Shown here in pieces: positions 32,420 to 42,474 of a DNA stretch of 64,000 bases. The first letter of the stretch is position 1; each line of letters starts with the position of its first letter. Made by a program: the position numbers and the translations under genes. The stretch comes from a virus (Duplodnaviria; Caudoviricetes), in IMG/VR virus record IMGVR_UViG_3300033121_001334, positions 1 to 64,000 of that record. The stretch is one strand, 5' to 3'. The notes beneath the pieces were generated by a model. It had not been told where the DNA came from. It searched no databases and was given only the letters and a program-made list of their open reading frames with translations.

Positions 32420-32920
32420 TTAGGGGTTTAGGTTTTTATATCTTGGGGTTATAGAGACTGAGGGGTTAGGTGTACCGAGTCCTGTTTTGACGACTAGGTA
32501 TTCTTGTTTATTATTGATATCATAGAGGACGAAGACGGAGAACTCTTGTTCTCTATTATATTGCCAGGGGGTAATAGTAAAAGAAAGGGGTTGGATAACA
32601 GGGGCATATTCTTTCTGCAAGATTTCCTGTTGTAACTTTTCTTTTTCTATAAGATTGAGTCTTTCTATTTCTTCTTCTTGTTCTTTTTGGAGTTGTTCGG
32701 CTCTACGTTGTTCGGCTCTAGCTTGAGCTTCTTTGGCGCGGACGTTGGCTCGTTCTTGGAGGAGCTTATTTTTTTCTTCTTGCAAGAGCTTCTGGGCTTG
32801 TGAAGATTTATCTTGCGCGATTTTTCCTTTTATGGGGAAATAGAAAGCGGCGAAGACGGCTAAGAGGGAGAAGGCGCATAGTATTATTTCAGGGAACGGG
32901 AAGTCTCTTGATTGTCTCAT
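32420..32920 (-). CDS. membrane-anchored coiled-coil protein
   Basis: N-terminal TM helix and charged helix. Confidence 0.7.
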   Translation of the reverse strand: MRQSRDFPFPEIILCAFSLLAVFAAFYFPIKGKIAQDKSSQAQKLLQEEKNKLLQERANVRAKEAQARAEQRRAEQLQKEQEEEIERLNLIEKEKLQQEILQKEYAPVIQPLSFTITPWQYNREQEFSVFVLYDINNKQEYLVVKTGLGTPNPSVSITPRYKNLNP

Positions 32921-33622
32921 TATTTTTCTTCTTTCTTAGGTTTTGGCGAGATAGAGACGACTGTTCCGTTTTCAACGAGAACGTATTCGATATTATTTTC
33001 GATATCTTTGACAACAAAGACATATCGAGGGCTACCGATGCTTTCTATTATTTTTTGTGAAGGCTGCGGGTTATCTGTTTGGTTTATTGTTTTAGGCGGG
33101 TTAGAGAGAGCGGCGACCACGAGAGCGACGACGATGGCGATAAGGAGTCCGAAACAATGGTGGAGGTCGTTTTTTTCATATGCGCGGATTTTTAGTTCTT
33201 TGGGTGTTTATTCGTAAAAAGAGAATCGATGACGGCGAGGACTGCGTTAGACACGCCTACTAGGAGGAGGGCGGAGATGTCTACGATTCCGGCGGCGACA
33301 GAGAGGATTATTGAGCGGACGGCGTTCATTAGTGGCGATTTTTTCCGAGGCCAATAAAGGACAGGAACAGTTCAGAAGAGGCTTTTGCCAAGGTTTGCGC
33401 TGCAACGTCTTTAGGTATTCCCGATTCTATGAGATTATCATATAATCTTTTAAGGGAGGGGGTAATAAGGTCAACATAGCGGGCGGTTGCCTGGTCAAAC
33501 TCTTGCATTTGTTGCGGGGTCATTTGGGGTGTCATTTATTATCTTCCTATTACAAGAATAAAAAAGCCCTGCCATGCCGTCGTTAAGCAAAGCAGGGCCT
33601 GTAGGAGAAAGCGATTTAGGGC

Positions 33623-34006
33623 TCAATCTCGGACGTATTCGGTACGGCTGAGCAGGTGGTTTCTTTCGCGAACAATCTTGGACTTGTACTTACCCTTCGG
33701 GATATTGATGGGCTTATGTTCCTCATGTTCGATAGTCGAGTCTTCCTGGACATCGACATAGGTTTCCGCTTCTTCGCCCTTCTTGGGTTTGGATTTGAGG
33801 ACGGTAGCTTTACCCTTGAGCTTATGGGAGTGTCCGGTGACTTCGCCATAAGCAACAACCGGCTCATGATGAGGGGTCAGTTTAGCGGGAAGCTTGTCAA
33901 TCTTGAAGAGCAGAACGTCTCCCTGCTGGTAGTAGACTTCATTGCTAGCGGGTGTTGCGGCTTTGGTTGCGGTCTTTTTCTTCTCGGCCATTGTGTTTCC
34001 TTTCAT
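33623..34006 (-). CDS. conserved hypothetical protein (QGDV...GEVTGHxH...HEEH family)
   Basis: QQGDVLLF, AYGEVTGHSH, IEHEEHKPINIPKGKY. Confidence 0.8.
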   Translation of the reverse strand: MKGNTMAEKKKTATKAATPASNEVYYQQGDVLLFKIDKLPAKLTPHHEPVVAYGEVTGHSHKLKGKATVLKSKPKKGEEAETYVDVQEDSTIEHEEHKPINIPKGKYKSKIVRERNHLLSRTEYVRD

Positions 34007-34917
34007 TATGAAACTTGGAGTTTATTTTCATCTTTTACAAGAGGTTTCTTGAAAAAATGAAAACTTGTTTCTTGACAAAATCCTGATTTAAGACGGATCT
34101 TTTTACCATCGAATCCGGCAATATCTTCAAGCCGGAAAATAACTTGCCAAAGTTTGTCGGTTGTTTTAGGGCCGAAATATGTATGCGCGATAAACATATT
34201 AGAACAATGTAGGCCGGGTACGCATGTTAAAGAATCGTTTTCTGTTTCTGAGACATCTATAGAAAAACGTCCGGGTTTTTGTATAAAACTTTCATTATAT
34301 TTACCCGAACAATCTGAGTTTGTTACTCTATAAGCTGTAAAATAACCATTAGAATCTGGAATAATGTTTAGTATAGAGAGCATATAGGGAATTCGTTCAT
34401 AAATATCACATTTCCAGTCGCCTCCCTGCCATGTACCTCCCTGCCATGTACCTCCCTGCCATGTACCATTATTCCAGATGCCATTTAGCCAGAGGCCATT
34501 TTTCCAGGTGCCGTTTAGCCAGATGCCATCTAGCCATTTGCCTCTTCCCCAGATGCCATCTAGCCATGCGCCGTTTTTCCAGGTGCCTTTTTCCCAGGTG
34601 CCGTCATGCCAAGTACCGTTTTTCCAAAGGCCATCTAGCCATGTGCCGTTTTCCCAAGTACCGCTTTCCCAGATGCCGTCATGCCAAATTAACAACCCAT
34701 CATGGGTAATACTAACCGTTGCCGCTGTAGTAGATGCTTTATTTAGCCATAAAGTAGTTTGTTTTTGTTGTTCATTTGGTTCATTAACAGGAATATTTTC
34801 GCTATTTAGATAGGTAATTTTAATTGCTAAGACATTATCCATTGATGATTTCTTTATTTTAGATAATGAAATTATGTCAAAGCGAGGGGCAGGGTCGTTG
34901 CTCCATGATTGCGCCAC
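34006..34917 (-). CDS. Trp-rich pentapeptide (GxWxx) repeat protein
   Basis: about 18 GTW/GIW/GLW pentapeptides; 15-bp DNA repeats at about 34410-34690. Confidence 0.8.
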   Translation of the reverse strand: MAQSWSNDPAPRFDIISLSKIKKSSMDNVLAIKITYLNSENIPVNEPNEQQKQTTLWLNKASTTAATVSITHDGLLIWHDGIWESGTWENGTWLDGLWKNGTWHDGTWEKGTWKNGAWLDGIWGRGKWLDGIWLNGTWKNGLWLNGIWNNGTWQGGTWQGGTWQGGDWKCDIYERIPYMLSILNIIPDSNGYFTAYRVTNSDCSGKYNESFIQKPGRFSIDVSETENDSLTCVPGLHCSNMFIAHTYFGPKTTDKLWQVIFRLEDIAGFDGKKIRLKSGFCQETSFHFFKKPLVKDENKLQVS

Positions 34918-36143
34918 TTGATGGCTTCTTCAACAGTTTTGCAACTATTGTCAACGCCTTCAAGATGATGATCGTCCATTGAGGGGTTCTTCATTTGGAG
35001 GAACTTACAAGCTCTACGGGTTGTTCCGCCCCAGGGGCTTGCAACTGGTATTTCAACTTCAAGGAGCTTATAATCTCCCTGAGTGTCGATGGTTTTAGCG
35101 CCAAGGCTTCGAATGATAGACTTTGGGCCAAGTCTTTCGAGGACAACTCTGCGTTGTTCGACATTCAATCTGAAGAAGGCGGTTTTGCGCTTCTCCATAT
35201 CCTTAGCCTTGCAAGTTATCACCCATTCAGGACAATCTCTGCCTCTGAAGTAGTAATAGTTTGCCTTACCGCTCTTCTTAAAGGCGTAGGACTTTTCGTT
35301 ATGAAGAACGAGTCGCTTGGTGTTGTTTGCCTGTACGACTCTTGAAGATACGAACGAGGCCTTATGCCCTGCGTAGAAAACTCTACCAGGAACAATAGCA
35401 AAGAAGATGAAGTGGTTATTGATTTCCTCAAGGGCCTTCTTAAGATTTTCAGGCAGGGCAACCTTGCGAACGGCAATCTGGCGAACGATTGCTGACAAGA
35501 AGCCAACGGTACTTGCAAAAGACTGAGTGGAAGTGAATATCTTAGAATGTAGCTTCTTACAAAGTTCCAAGAACTGCGGGTCGAGGCATTCTTGGACTCT
35601 GCCCATCTTAAGGATATAGCAGGTTCGGGTGTTATAGTTCTCGAAGAACTCGGTAAGAGTTATTCTGGGGAGATTTTCGATTTCCGCGAGAATTTGATCG
35701 TAGTAAGGCGCGAGGGACCAGCTTACAGCGTCTTTGTGGTTGAAGTTAAAGATAGCGTCGAGTTTGGTAACTCTTGAGATGGCGCTTTGAACGTTGGAGA
35801 GAGCGACATGGAGGCGGTCGATAGAGAGGACTTTGGAGCCTGGTATATCGCTTGGGACAGAGAAGCCCATTGCTTGCGAGTATCCGTTACTACTGCCATA
35901 CTCGCTTTCAAAAGACTTAATTTGGCAGGTTGAGATTGAGGAAGTATCGAGCGGGTATCTCGAAGCCTCAACAAAGCTAAGAGCAACCTGCTTAGCAAGT
36001 TTTTCATAGCCTTCTTTACGAGCTTTCTTGACCTTCTTTTTCTTCTTACCAGAGGTCTTGTATTTGACCTTTTCTGGTTCAACAAACTTTTTGTTGATTA
36101 GGTCTTGCTCAATGATTTGCTGGATGAGAGGGGTATCGCTCAT
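34872..36143 (-). CDS. DUF6745-like protein
   Basis: NVEQRRVVLERLG...YKLLEV...FLQMKNPS...EGVDNSCKTVEEAIKW. Confidence 0.7.
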   Translation of the reverse strand: MSDTPLIQQIIEQDLINKKFVEPEKVKYKTSGKKKKKVKKARKEGYEKLAKQVALSFVEASRYPLDTSSISTCQIKSFESEYGSSNGYSQAMGFSVPSDIPGSKVLSIDRLHVALSNVQSAISRVTKLDAIFNFNHKDAVSWSLAPYYDQILAEIENLPRITLTEFFENYNTRTCYILKMGRVQECLDPQFLELCKKLHSKIFTSTQSFASTVGFLSAIVRQIAVRKVALPENLKKALEEINNHFIFFAIVPGRVFYAGHKASFVSSRVVQANNTKRLVLHNEKSYAFKKSGKANYYYFRGRDCPEWVITCKAKDMEKRKTAFFRLNVEQRRVVLERLGPKSIIRSLGAKTIDTQGDYKLLEVEIPVASPWGGTTRRACKFLQMKNPSMDDHHLEGVDNSCKTVEEAIKWRNHGATTLPLALT

Positions 36144-37096
36144 AAGGAATCCTAGGCTATAAAAAAGCCACTATATTTATGGATTTTTCTTGATTTCTTC
36201 GACAGCGGCATTAATAAGTCTATCAATTTCCTGAAGTTGGGTTTTGTAGTGCATTCTCTGTTTGCGGATGCGTAGGTATCTCCAAAACTGGACGATTAGA
36301 ACTAACAGGAACGGAGCGAGGACAAACAGGGTTGCTGCGGGCAATTGAAGATTCAATCTCAACCTCCACTTTTATATTTCCCGTTATTTTACGAACATAG
36401 GAGTTACCAGGGCTTTCGAGATGGGCCGGCAATCCGTCTGATATAGTGCCTCTTGTGACATTGATTGTTTTGAACTTTTGGTAATAGCCTTTGCCGGCGT
36501 TTTTAGTGTGGATTGTTTTGACAATAAAGAACTTATCTCTCAGGTCGCATTGGTAGAAGCCGTCTTGGAGCGGTTCTTTTTGTTGCGCGAAAAGAAACCA
36601 AGGTTCTTCATTTTGGAATGACACTGAGATGATCATGATCGGATTGTTTTGACTGAGCGGACGAAGCTTGGAATGCAACAGGTTAGGACAACGATTGAGG
36701 CTACAATCATAATGCCTTTATCTGTTGAGTTATACTTACTGTCCCATGTATATACTCCATATGTCATAAAGAGTATATACAAGACGAGTGCAGGCTCAAG
36801 AAAGAGAAGTATCCAGGCTGCTTTTTTAGCAGAGAGCAGGTTCGAGTTCTGAGAGTTCTTCATGAGATTCCTCATAAGTATTTTCGCAAGGCTTTGTGGT
36901 TTTAGCATTTAGAGAATCAGCCACGGCCTTACAATCTTCGGGATCTTGGAAAGAAGCAATCCAGGTTTTATTGCTATCATTCTTGTAAAGTTCGGTTCCT
37001 TCGGAAATATAGCGCGTCATGCAGTTACCTCAGTTTGTCAAGATTGCGGGAGGAATCGTTACTATTACGTTGCAAACGAGTCTTGAAAAGTTTAGT

Positions 37097-37456
37097 TCAG
37101 AAAGGGAGGTCAGAGAGATCGATGGTCGGGTATTTCTGAACATAAACAATGTACCAGGTTTCGGGAAGAAACTCCGAGGGCTCGTCGCCTGTCAAGATTA
37201 TAGCTCTTAGAACTTTCACTAAAAAGAGTTCTATTTTATCGAGCCTTCTTTTTAGCTCCAAAATGGCTTCTTCTTTGTTAGAAGTGAAGTGTTCTTTTTT
37301 GAAGTAAATATGATCTTGGTTTATCATATCTCGTACTTCAAACCTGAATACGTCGCCGAATACGCCAAGCGCCTCTATTTCGGTAAAGGGTATTTCTTGA
37401 GGCAGTTCTATTTCAAGGTGTGTATTCATGTAGGTTTGTGACATTGCAATAACCAA
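37097..37456 (-). CDS. hypothetical protein
   Basis: 119 aa, stop in a motif copy. Confidence 0.6.
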   Translation of the reverse strand: MVIAMSQTYMNTHLEIELPQEIPFTEIEALGVFGDVFRFEVRDMINQDHIYFKKEHFTSNKEEAILELKRRLDKIELFLVKVLRAIILTGDEPSEFLPETWYIVYVQKYPTIDLSDLPF

Positions 37457-37880
37457 GTCTTCTAAGTATATTTAGCATTGATCGCGAATATACATAGATA
37501 ACATCGTCAAACGAGACTTTTGCCGACTTGAGCAAATACTTGATTGTTTTTTCTCCAATTCCTTTTCTTCGTCGGTCGTGTTTTGTGTAGGCCATGATTT
37601 CGAAGTTTGGAAACTGGAACGAAAACGCAGAGCTAAGGGGTTGCGACGGTTCGGCATCGCACATGCCTTTTCTCTGCATATTCTTCGTTATGGAAACCAA
37701 GCATATTGGGTTTCCATTATCTCTTGTTATGGCGAACAAAGACGAGTTGAAGTCTTCTGGAACTTCAAGTAATCTGGATAGAGTTCCGTGGTGATGGAGG
37801 CGGTGTTCCCCAAACGTTATTAGGTTATAATCTTTGTTCTTCTTGATATTTGAAGATTTTGTAATTGCTACAGTCAGCAT
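37413..37880 (-). CDS. possible GNAT acetyltransferase
   Basis: AYTKHDRRRKGIGEKTIKYL resembles GNAT motif A (RxxGxG). Confidence 0.5.
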   Translation of the reverse strand: MLTVAITKSSNIKKNKDYNLITFGEHRLHHHGTLSRLLEVPEDFNSSLFAITRDNGNPICLVSITKNMQRKGMCDAEPSQPLSSAFSFQFPNFEIMAYTKHDRRRKGIGEKTIKYLLKSAKVSFDDVIYVYSRSMLNILRRLGYCNVTNLHEYTP

Positions 37881-37952
37881 AAACGGCTCTGCTGTTTTGA
37901 TTGAACTATTTGCGCGGAATAACTCCCCAGCAAAATGCCGGGGAGTTATTTG

Positions 37953-38324
37953 TCAGTTAGAGCTTGTGGTTGTTCCGGTTGTTGGCTGGGCCGTTGAAGC
38001 CGGCGTTCCAGCAGGTTGCGGGCTGTTATGATTAAGCGGGACTCTTGCTTGAGGCATTGGTAGCGGCTCGGGCTGAGATAGCGTCCAGATATACGCTCCG
38101 CCGCCTGCGCCAACGATCAAAAGAATAAACAGTATGAAATAGAAAGCATCGCTTCCAAATGAAGACTTAGGCGATGTCGGTTCCTTCTTGGGACTATCAG
38201 TCTCCGTTAGAGTGTCTGTTGGCGGGTTTGACGACAATGATTCTTTCGTATCCATTCTAAAACTCCTTATGCGGGTATAAAGGTCCAGTCGATTTTCATA
38301 CCAAAGAAATGATCGAAGATCCAA
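37953..38324 (-). CDS. membrane-anchored protein
   Basis: single TM helix and Pro/Thr-rich tail. Confidence 0.6.
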   Translation of the reverse strand: MDLRSFLWYENRLDLYTRIRSFRMDTKESLSSNPPTDTLTETDSPKKEPTSPKSSFGSDAFYFILFILLIVGAGGGAYIWTLSQPEPLPMPQARVPLNHNSPQPAGTPASTAQPTTGTTTSSN

Positions 38325-38677
38325 ACAGTAAATCTACAAAAAGTCAGTAGAGACAATAATAGAGAGAACATCGAAACCATGTAGACTGTTAGAGAGTATG
38401 AGAGGGGAACACCTTCTGTTGTGGTCAGCTTTTTTGCGTAGTTCAATCCGCTAGTTGCAACAAAGGCCATGAAGGCTGAAAGAGTAGCCGACGCGATTCC
38501 GACAGCTATTGCTCCAAGCAGGTTCACAAACGGAACATAGAACGGAGCAACAAGCAATACTAGGCAGCCAAGAAAGGAAGTGAAAACACAAAAAAGCTTC
38601 GACAAAATCGCCTCAACTTGCATTAGAGCGGCCTTCGTTATGGCGGACTGGTTCTCTTTTTTGTCTCTTTCGACCAT
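38267..38677 (-). CDS. multi-pass membrane protein
   Basis: three hydrophobic segments. Confidence 0.6.
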   Translation of the reverse strand: MVERDKKENQSAITKAALMQVEAILSKLFCVFTSFLGCLVLLVAPFYVPFVNLLGAIAVGIASATLSAFMAFVATSGLNYAKKLTTTEGVPLSYSLTVYMVSMFSLLLSLLTFCRFTVWIFDHFFGMKIDWTFIPA

Positions 38678-39416
38678 GTAAATCTCGCTTTACGCTCCAA
38701 TGCTTCGGCAAATGTCTTGGCTTCATCGTCTGAACAAAATGCTCTCTCCATTCTTCCACAAAGGTTTGGAAGTTTTCGGTTTTGGAAATTACAATTTGAG
38801 AGTGAGAAAGATATTCTCCAGACTGTCCGTTATCTGTTTTTACTATTTTTTCGAGATATTCATTATCAACGAAAGAACTGTTTGTTTCTTTCTTAATTTG
38901 CTCAATCAAATATTGTTTTCTATCTTCGGGAATTTGTTCGCCAAACTTGATGAGAGTTTTAGCGTATTTAGGAGCTTGTTTCTCATTGATGTTATTTAGA
39001 CCATGCAAGGGAGCATTGTATTTTTCCGCCAGATCTTGTTTCTTTTTTACGGCATGTTTCTCGTATACAACATGGCACTCTATACAGAGAGGGAGAATAT
39101 CATAGTAGTTAGAATCCTTGATCTCTTTAGGAAACTCTTTGCGGTAGCAATAAGGAACAACGTGATGTTTTGTTAGCTTTTCGCTTGACCCGCAGCAGCA
39201 ACACTTATTTTCTCTATTTTGAAGATAGTAATGGTCGCCAGACCAGCCAAGGCCATTAGGTTTGAACTTGAGTCTTATTGTGTTTGGAGCTTCCAGAACT
39301 GCCAAGTTTTTTCGAACATACCAGTCGAGCTTCTTCTTGTGACACTTGAACATTTCAACGCCTTCAGGCGATAGAACTGTACAGTTGTGATAGATTTCTT
39401 CGTTTGAATAACTCAT
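38613..39416 (-). CDS. HNH-like protein resembling the EXD2 C-terminal domain
   Basis: NCTVLSPEG...WYVRKNLA...LKFKP...ENKCCCCG...HHVVPYCYRKEFP...YDILPLCIECH. Confidence 0.7.
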   Translation of the reverse strand: MSYSNEEIYHNCTVLSPEGVEMFKCHKKKLDWYVRKNLAVLEAPNTIRLKFKPNGLGWSGDHYYLQNRENKCCCCGSSEKLTKHHVVPYCYRKEFPKEIKDSNYYDILPLCIECHVVYEKHAVKKKQDLAEKYNAPLHGLNNINEKQAPKYAKTLIKFGEQIPEDRKQYLIEQIKKETNSSFVDNEYLEKIVKTDNGQSGEYLSHSQIVISKTENFQTFVEEWREHFVQTMKPRHLPKHWSVKRDLHGRKRQKREPVRHNEGRSNAS

Positions 39417-39620
39417 ACAAATAGCTTGTATACAATAAAAGCTATAAACACAACAACAACTGCTATTATTGTATATGTTGTTAGGCTAAGAATTAGGGGA
39501 AACAAGAAAATAAAACCAAAAGCTCCCAGAACTAGCCCAAGCGCTTTTTGCGAAAGCGAAGCTTCTTTATTCGAAATCAACTGTAACGCAAAAAACAACA
39601 ACAAGCAACCAAGCACAAGT

Positions 39621-40046
39621 TTAAGCAAAGCGAGGATCATGTTTTTCCTTTTCTTGCGTCAGTCTCTCTTTCAGGGAGGCTGAATAATTGATATAACTGC
39701 CGTTCTTTGGACCAGGATTCTTGCTAACGCAGATAAAAACTTCATACCCTCTTATAGAAAGAATATAAGCAAGATTGTACATAATTTTGTTATGTACGTT
39801 GTAGGAAACTTCAACGAAGTCCTTAGAGCTTAGGGCGTCAGAGAGTTCAGGATCAAGTTCTATCAGGTGCAACTTATCCTTCCAGCCTTCTTCCGTGAAG
39901 GGGATATTTGATATTGCAAGAGCAGTCGAGTCTGCTTTTCCTACCAGATGCAGGTAAATAGCTATGCTATCAAAAATTTCCTCGACAAGCTTATAGCGTT
40001 CAAGATTGTTTTTGACAGGGGTACAACTGCCGCTTTCGTCAATCAT
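39621..40046 (-). CDS. hypothetical protein (possible paralog of 40043-40498)
   Basis: shared ILS/TxRGxEVF motif. Confidence 0.6.
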   Translation of the reverse strand: MIDESGSCTPVKNNLERYKLVEEIFDSIAIYLHLVGKADSTALAISNIPFTEEGWKDKLHLIELDPELSDALSSKDFVEVSYNVHNKIMYNLAYILSIRGYEVFICVSKNPGPKNGSYINYSASLKERLTQEKEKHDPRFA

Positions 40047-40498
40047 AACTCATTCTCGAATGGGACGAATATCTTGTTATTTAAGAATACTTCATGGCCG
40101 CGAAAAGTAAGAATTGAGCAAATAAGATTTGCCCAATGAAGAGATAGATTCGTCATGAAAGAGTTGATTTCATAGCTAAAGAAGATGTCAGCCGCAATAG
40201 CGTCAACCGGATACTTCGCTTCCAAGGTTTCGTTGTTCGTTTCAGGTTCTTTATCGCTGATTGTTACGGCAAAGTGTTTGTCTGCGCATGGATTTTCGCT
40301 TGCCACAACTCGTATATTGACGTAGAGAATTGGATACTCGCAAAGTTCTTTGAGGAACTTAAGAGTTAGATTCCGTTCTTCTTCGGTTGGTATTGAAGAC
40401 ATTTCTTGCGTTATTACGAGTTGCGTATTCTTATTTGAGAAAAAGGAAATACTTGACGGACTTCCTGTTGTATTACAGGATTTATAACTATTCTTCAT
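40043..40498 (-). CDS. hypothetical protein
   Basis: 151 aa, ATGA-type overlap. Confidence 0.6.
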   Translation of the reverse strand: MKNSYKSCNTTGSPSSISFFSNKNTQLVITQEMSSIPTEEERNLTLKFLKELCEYPILYVNIRVVASENPCADKHFAVTISDKEPETNNETLEAKYPVDAIAADIFFSYEINSFMTNLSLHWANLICSILTFRGHEVFLNNKIFVPFENEL

Positions 40499-40910
40499 AT
40501 TTGAAGTTCTCTGGATTTCTATTTAGAGCATTATCAATCTTTCTCTGCCATTCTGCGAACAAGGGCAAAAGTTCTATAGATATTCTTGGCTTATAATCAT
40601 GGCTTGCAAAGATTTCAGGTATTCTGAAGTCCTCAAGGAGTTCTTCTGCAAGCTCGTCGGTCCATGCGGAAGCCAAGTTGGAATGAACTTCGCAGATATC
40701 TCCGCAAAACTCTCCATAGGAGTTTGTTTGACCCATTCCGTCTGGAGTTACAGATTGAAATAAAACTCCTGAGAAATGGCTCTTAGGATCGTCCCATACG
40801 TCTATAATTTGAGACGGGTTGTTTTTTAGATATTCAATAGCTTTATCGTAACTGTCCATTTTAACCTCAAACTTATAGTGAGATTGATAATTTTGATTTT
40901 CACTATGCAA
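40488..40910 (-). CDS. hypothetical protein
   Basis: 140 aa, motif upstream. Confidence 0.65.
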   Translation of the reverse strand: MHSENQNYQSHYKFEVKMDSYDKAIEYLKNNPSQIIDVWDDPKSHFSGVLFQSVTPDGMGQTNSYGEFCGDICEVHSNLASAWTDELAEELLEDFRIPEIFASHDYKPRISIELLPLFAEWQRKIDNALNRNPENFKYEE

Positions 40911-40927
40911 AATCAGGAAAGTTTAGT

Positions 40928-41275
40928 TCAGGATACGCCATTTTCGGCTCTCATCGTAATAGAGAACTTCTCTAGCGGAGGAACTATCTTTTCTCCGACT
41001 ATCTTAGAACATAAAGATTGACCAATCTCAGAATGGTCTTTTACTTCTGTCAGGGCGGTGAAGACGCCTTCTAAACAGGAATATAAATGAGCCTCTGTTT
41101 TGGCAGGATCTTCATAAGAAGCGGAGGCTTCAGCGCAAATCTTATCGGCGTATTGAAGGAGATGCATGCTCGCCTTTATTTTTCCATGCAAAGAGGCGAT
41201 TCCCAGCCGTCTGCGCTGGTCGTCAGTTACATGAATCTCATTATTAGTCGCCTCATTATTGGTTACTTTTGGCAT
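40928..41275 (-). CDS. hypothetical protein
   Basis: 115 aa. Confidence 0.65.
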   Translation of the reverse strand: MPKVTNNEATNNEIHVTDDQRRRLGIASLHGKIKASMHLLQYADKICAEASASYEDPAKTEAHLYSCLEGVFTALTEVKDHSEIGQSLCSKIVGEKIVPPLEKFSITMRAENGVS

Positions 41276-41298
41276 ACAGTTTCTCCGATTTAGATTTA

Positions 41299-41844
41299 TT
41301 AAGAAGTCGCACTAGCGGGCGGTTGCGAAGTCTCGGTTTCCTCTGCGCTATCAACGCTATGACCCATTGCCCGCATAAGGGCTGTGATTTTCTCAAATCG
41401 GTTTTGAGTCATACCGCCATAAGCTTCCTCAGGTTTCACCTTATACTTGCGCGCAAAGGTTTTTTGCTGATTCCACCAACGAATAGTCTTCTGCTCTTCT
41501 TCATTTTCTGAGGCATAAGGCCAAAGTTTACCGTCATTCTTGTATTTAGCAACGACAAGGTTGTAACGGGTTTCCCAAATGCCGTCCCTTTCAAGCGCTT
41601 CATTTACGTCAATTAGACCCTTGAGAAGGGCTTCTCTTTCAAGAGAAATGCCAGGAGCCTTCTCTCCAGCCGCCTTTTTGGCAAGAAGATACTTCTGCCT
41701 GCTCCACCACTGTCCGAGTGCTTTTTCGGTTTCGTCTTTGGAGGTTGTTGAGGGCCACCTCTTATTAGTAGCAGCGAACTGCTTCACTTGCTCAAAATGC
41801 TCGGTCCATTCTGCTTGTCTTTTTGATTCCGCCATTAGTCTCAT
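41299..41844 (-). CDS. helicase-associated (HA) domain protein, two repeats
   Basis: WTEHFEQVKQF...KRWPS...EKALGQWWSRQK repeated. Confidence 0.75.
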   Translation of the reverse strand: MRLMAESKRQAEWTEHFEQVKQFAATNKRWPSTTSKDETEKALGQWWSRQKYLLAKKAAGEKAPGISLEREALLKGLIDVNEALERDGIWETRYNLVVAKYKNDGKLWPYASENEEEQKTIRWWNQQKTFARKYKVKPEEAYGGMTQNRFEKITALMRAMGHSVDSAEETETSQPPASATS

Positions 41845-42007
41845 CCTTTGTGTCTATTGTGTCGAAGGCCCATAATGGCTCTTCTCAACACTATTTTCGA
41901 CTAATGAGCGTTCTTTTTTGAGCATTCACGCAAATTTTGAACTATAAAAGCTTAAAAGAAAACTCCCCTTGCGGAGAGTAATCTGGGCGGGTCGCTGATC
42001 CTGGTTA

Positions 42008-42463
42008 TCAGTCCTTGAGAGCTTCCTGTAACGCTCGGAGTTCCATGACTCTGCGCTGCTCAGGGGAAACGAGGCGATTGACCTTGATATCGAGTTCTTC
42101 GAGTTCCTTCTGCTTCTTCTCAATCGAGAGCATTTCAACTCGGGTCTTAAGATCTTCTTTCCAGTCGCTGATTGGATAGGCCTGCCAGGTTCCGTTGAAA
42201 TCAACGCCAAGCTGTTTTGCGGCCTTGGAGAGTTCGGCTTCTTGAGTATTCAAGAATGCATAGATTTCAACAAGTTTACGAACGTCTCTGACAGTCTGGA
42301 TGTTCGTTCGGTCTGCCGTCGTCGTTTCGTCGCGCCCAAAAGTGCAGCTAGTCTTCCAGAACGGACGAGTTTTGGCTTTTTCGATTTCTCTTTTCTTCTG
42401 TTCAACCTTAACCAGCAGAGCCAAAACTGCTTGATCTACTGATTCGTCTGCTTTGTTCGTCAT
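42008..42463 (-). CDS. coiled-coil hypothetical protein
   Basis: 151 aa, AAGGAG SD. Confidence 0.75.
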   Translation of the reverse strand: MTNKADESVDQAVLALLVKVEQKKREIEKAKTRPFWKTSCTFGRDETTTADRTNIQTVRDVRKLVEIYAFLNTQEAELSKAAKQLGVDFNGTWQAYPISDWKEDLKTRVEMLSIEKKQKELEELDIKVNRLVSPEQRRVMELRALQEALKD

Positions 42464-42474
42464 ATAACTTCTCC

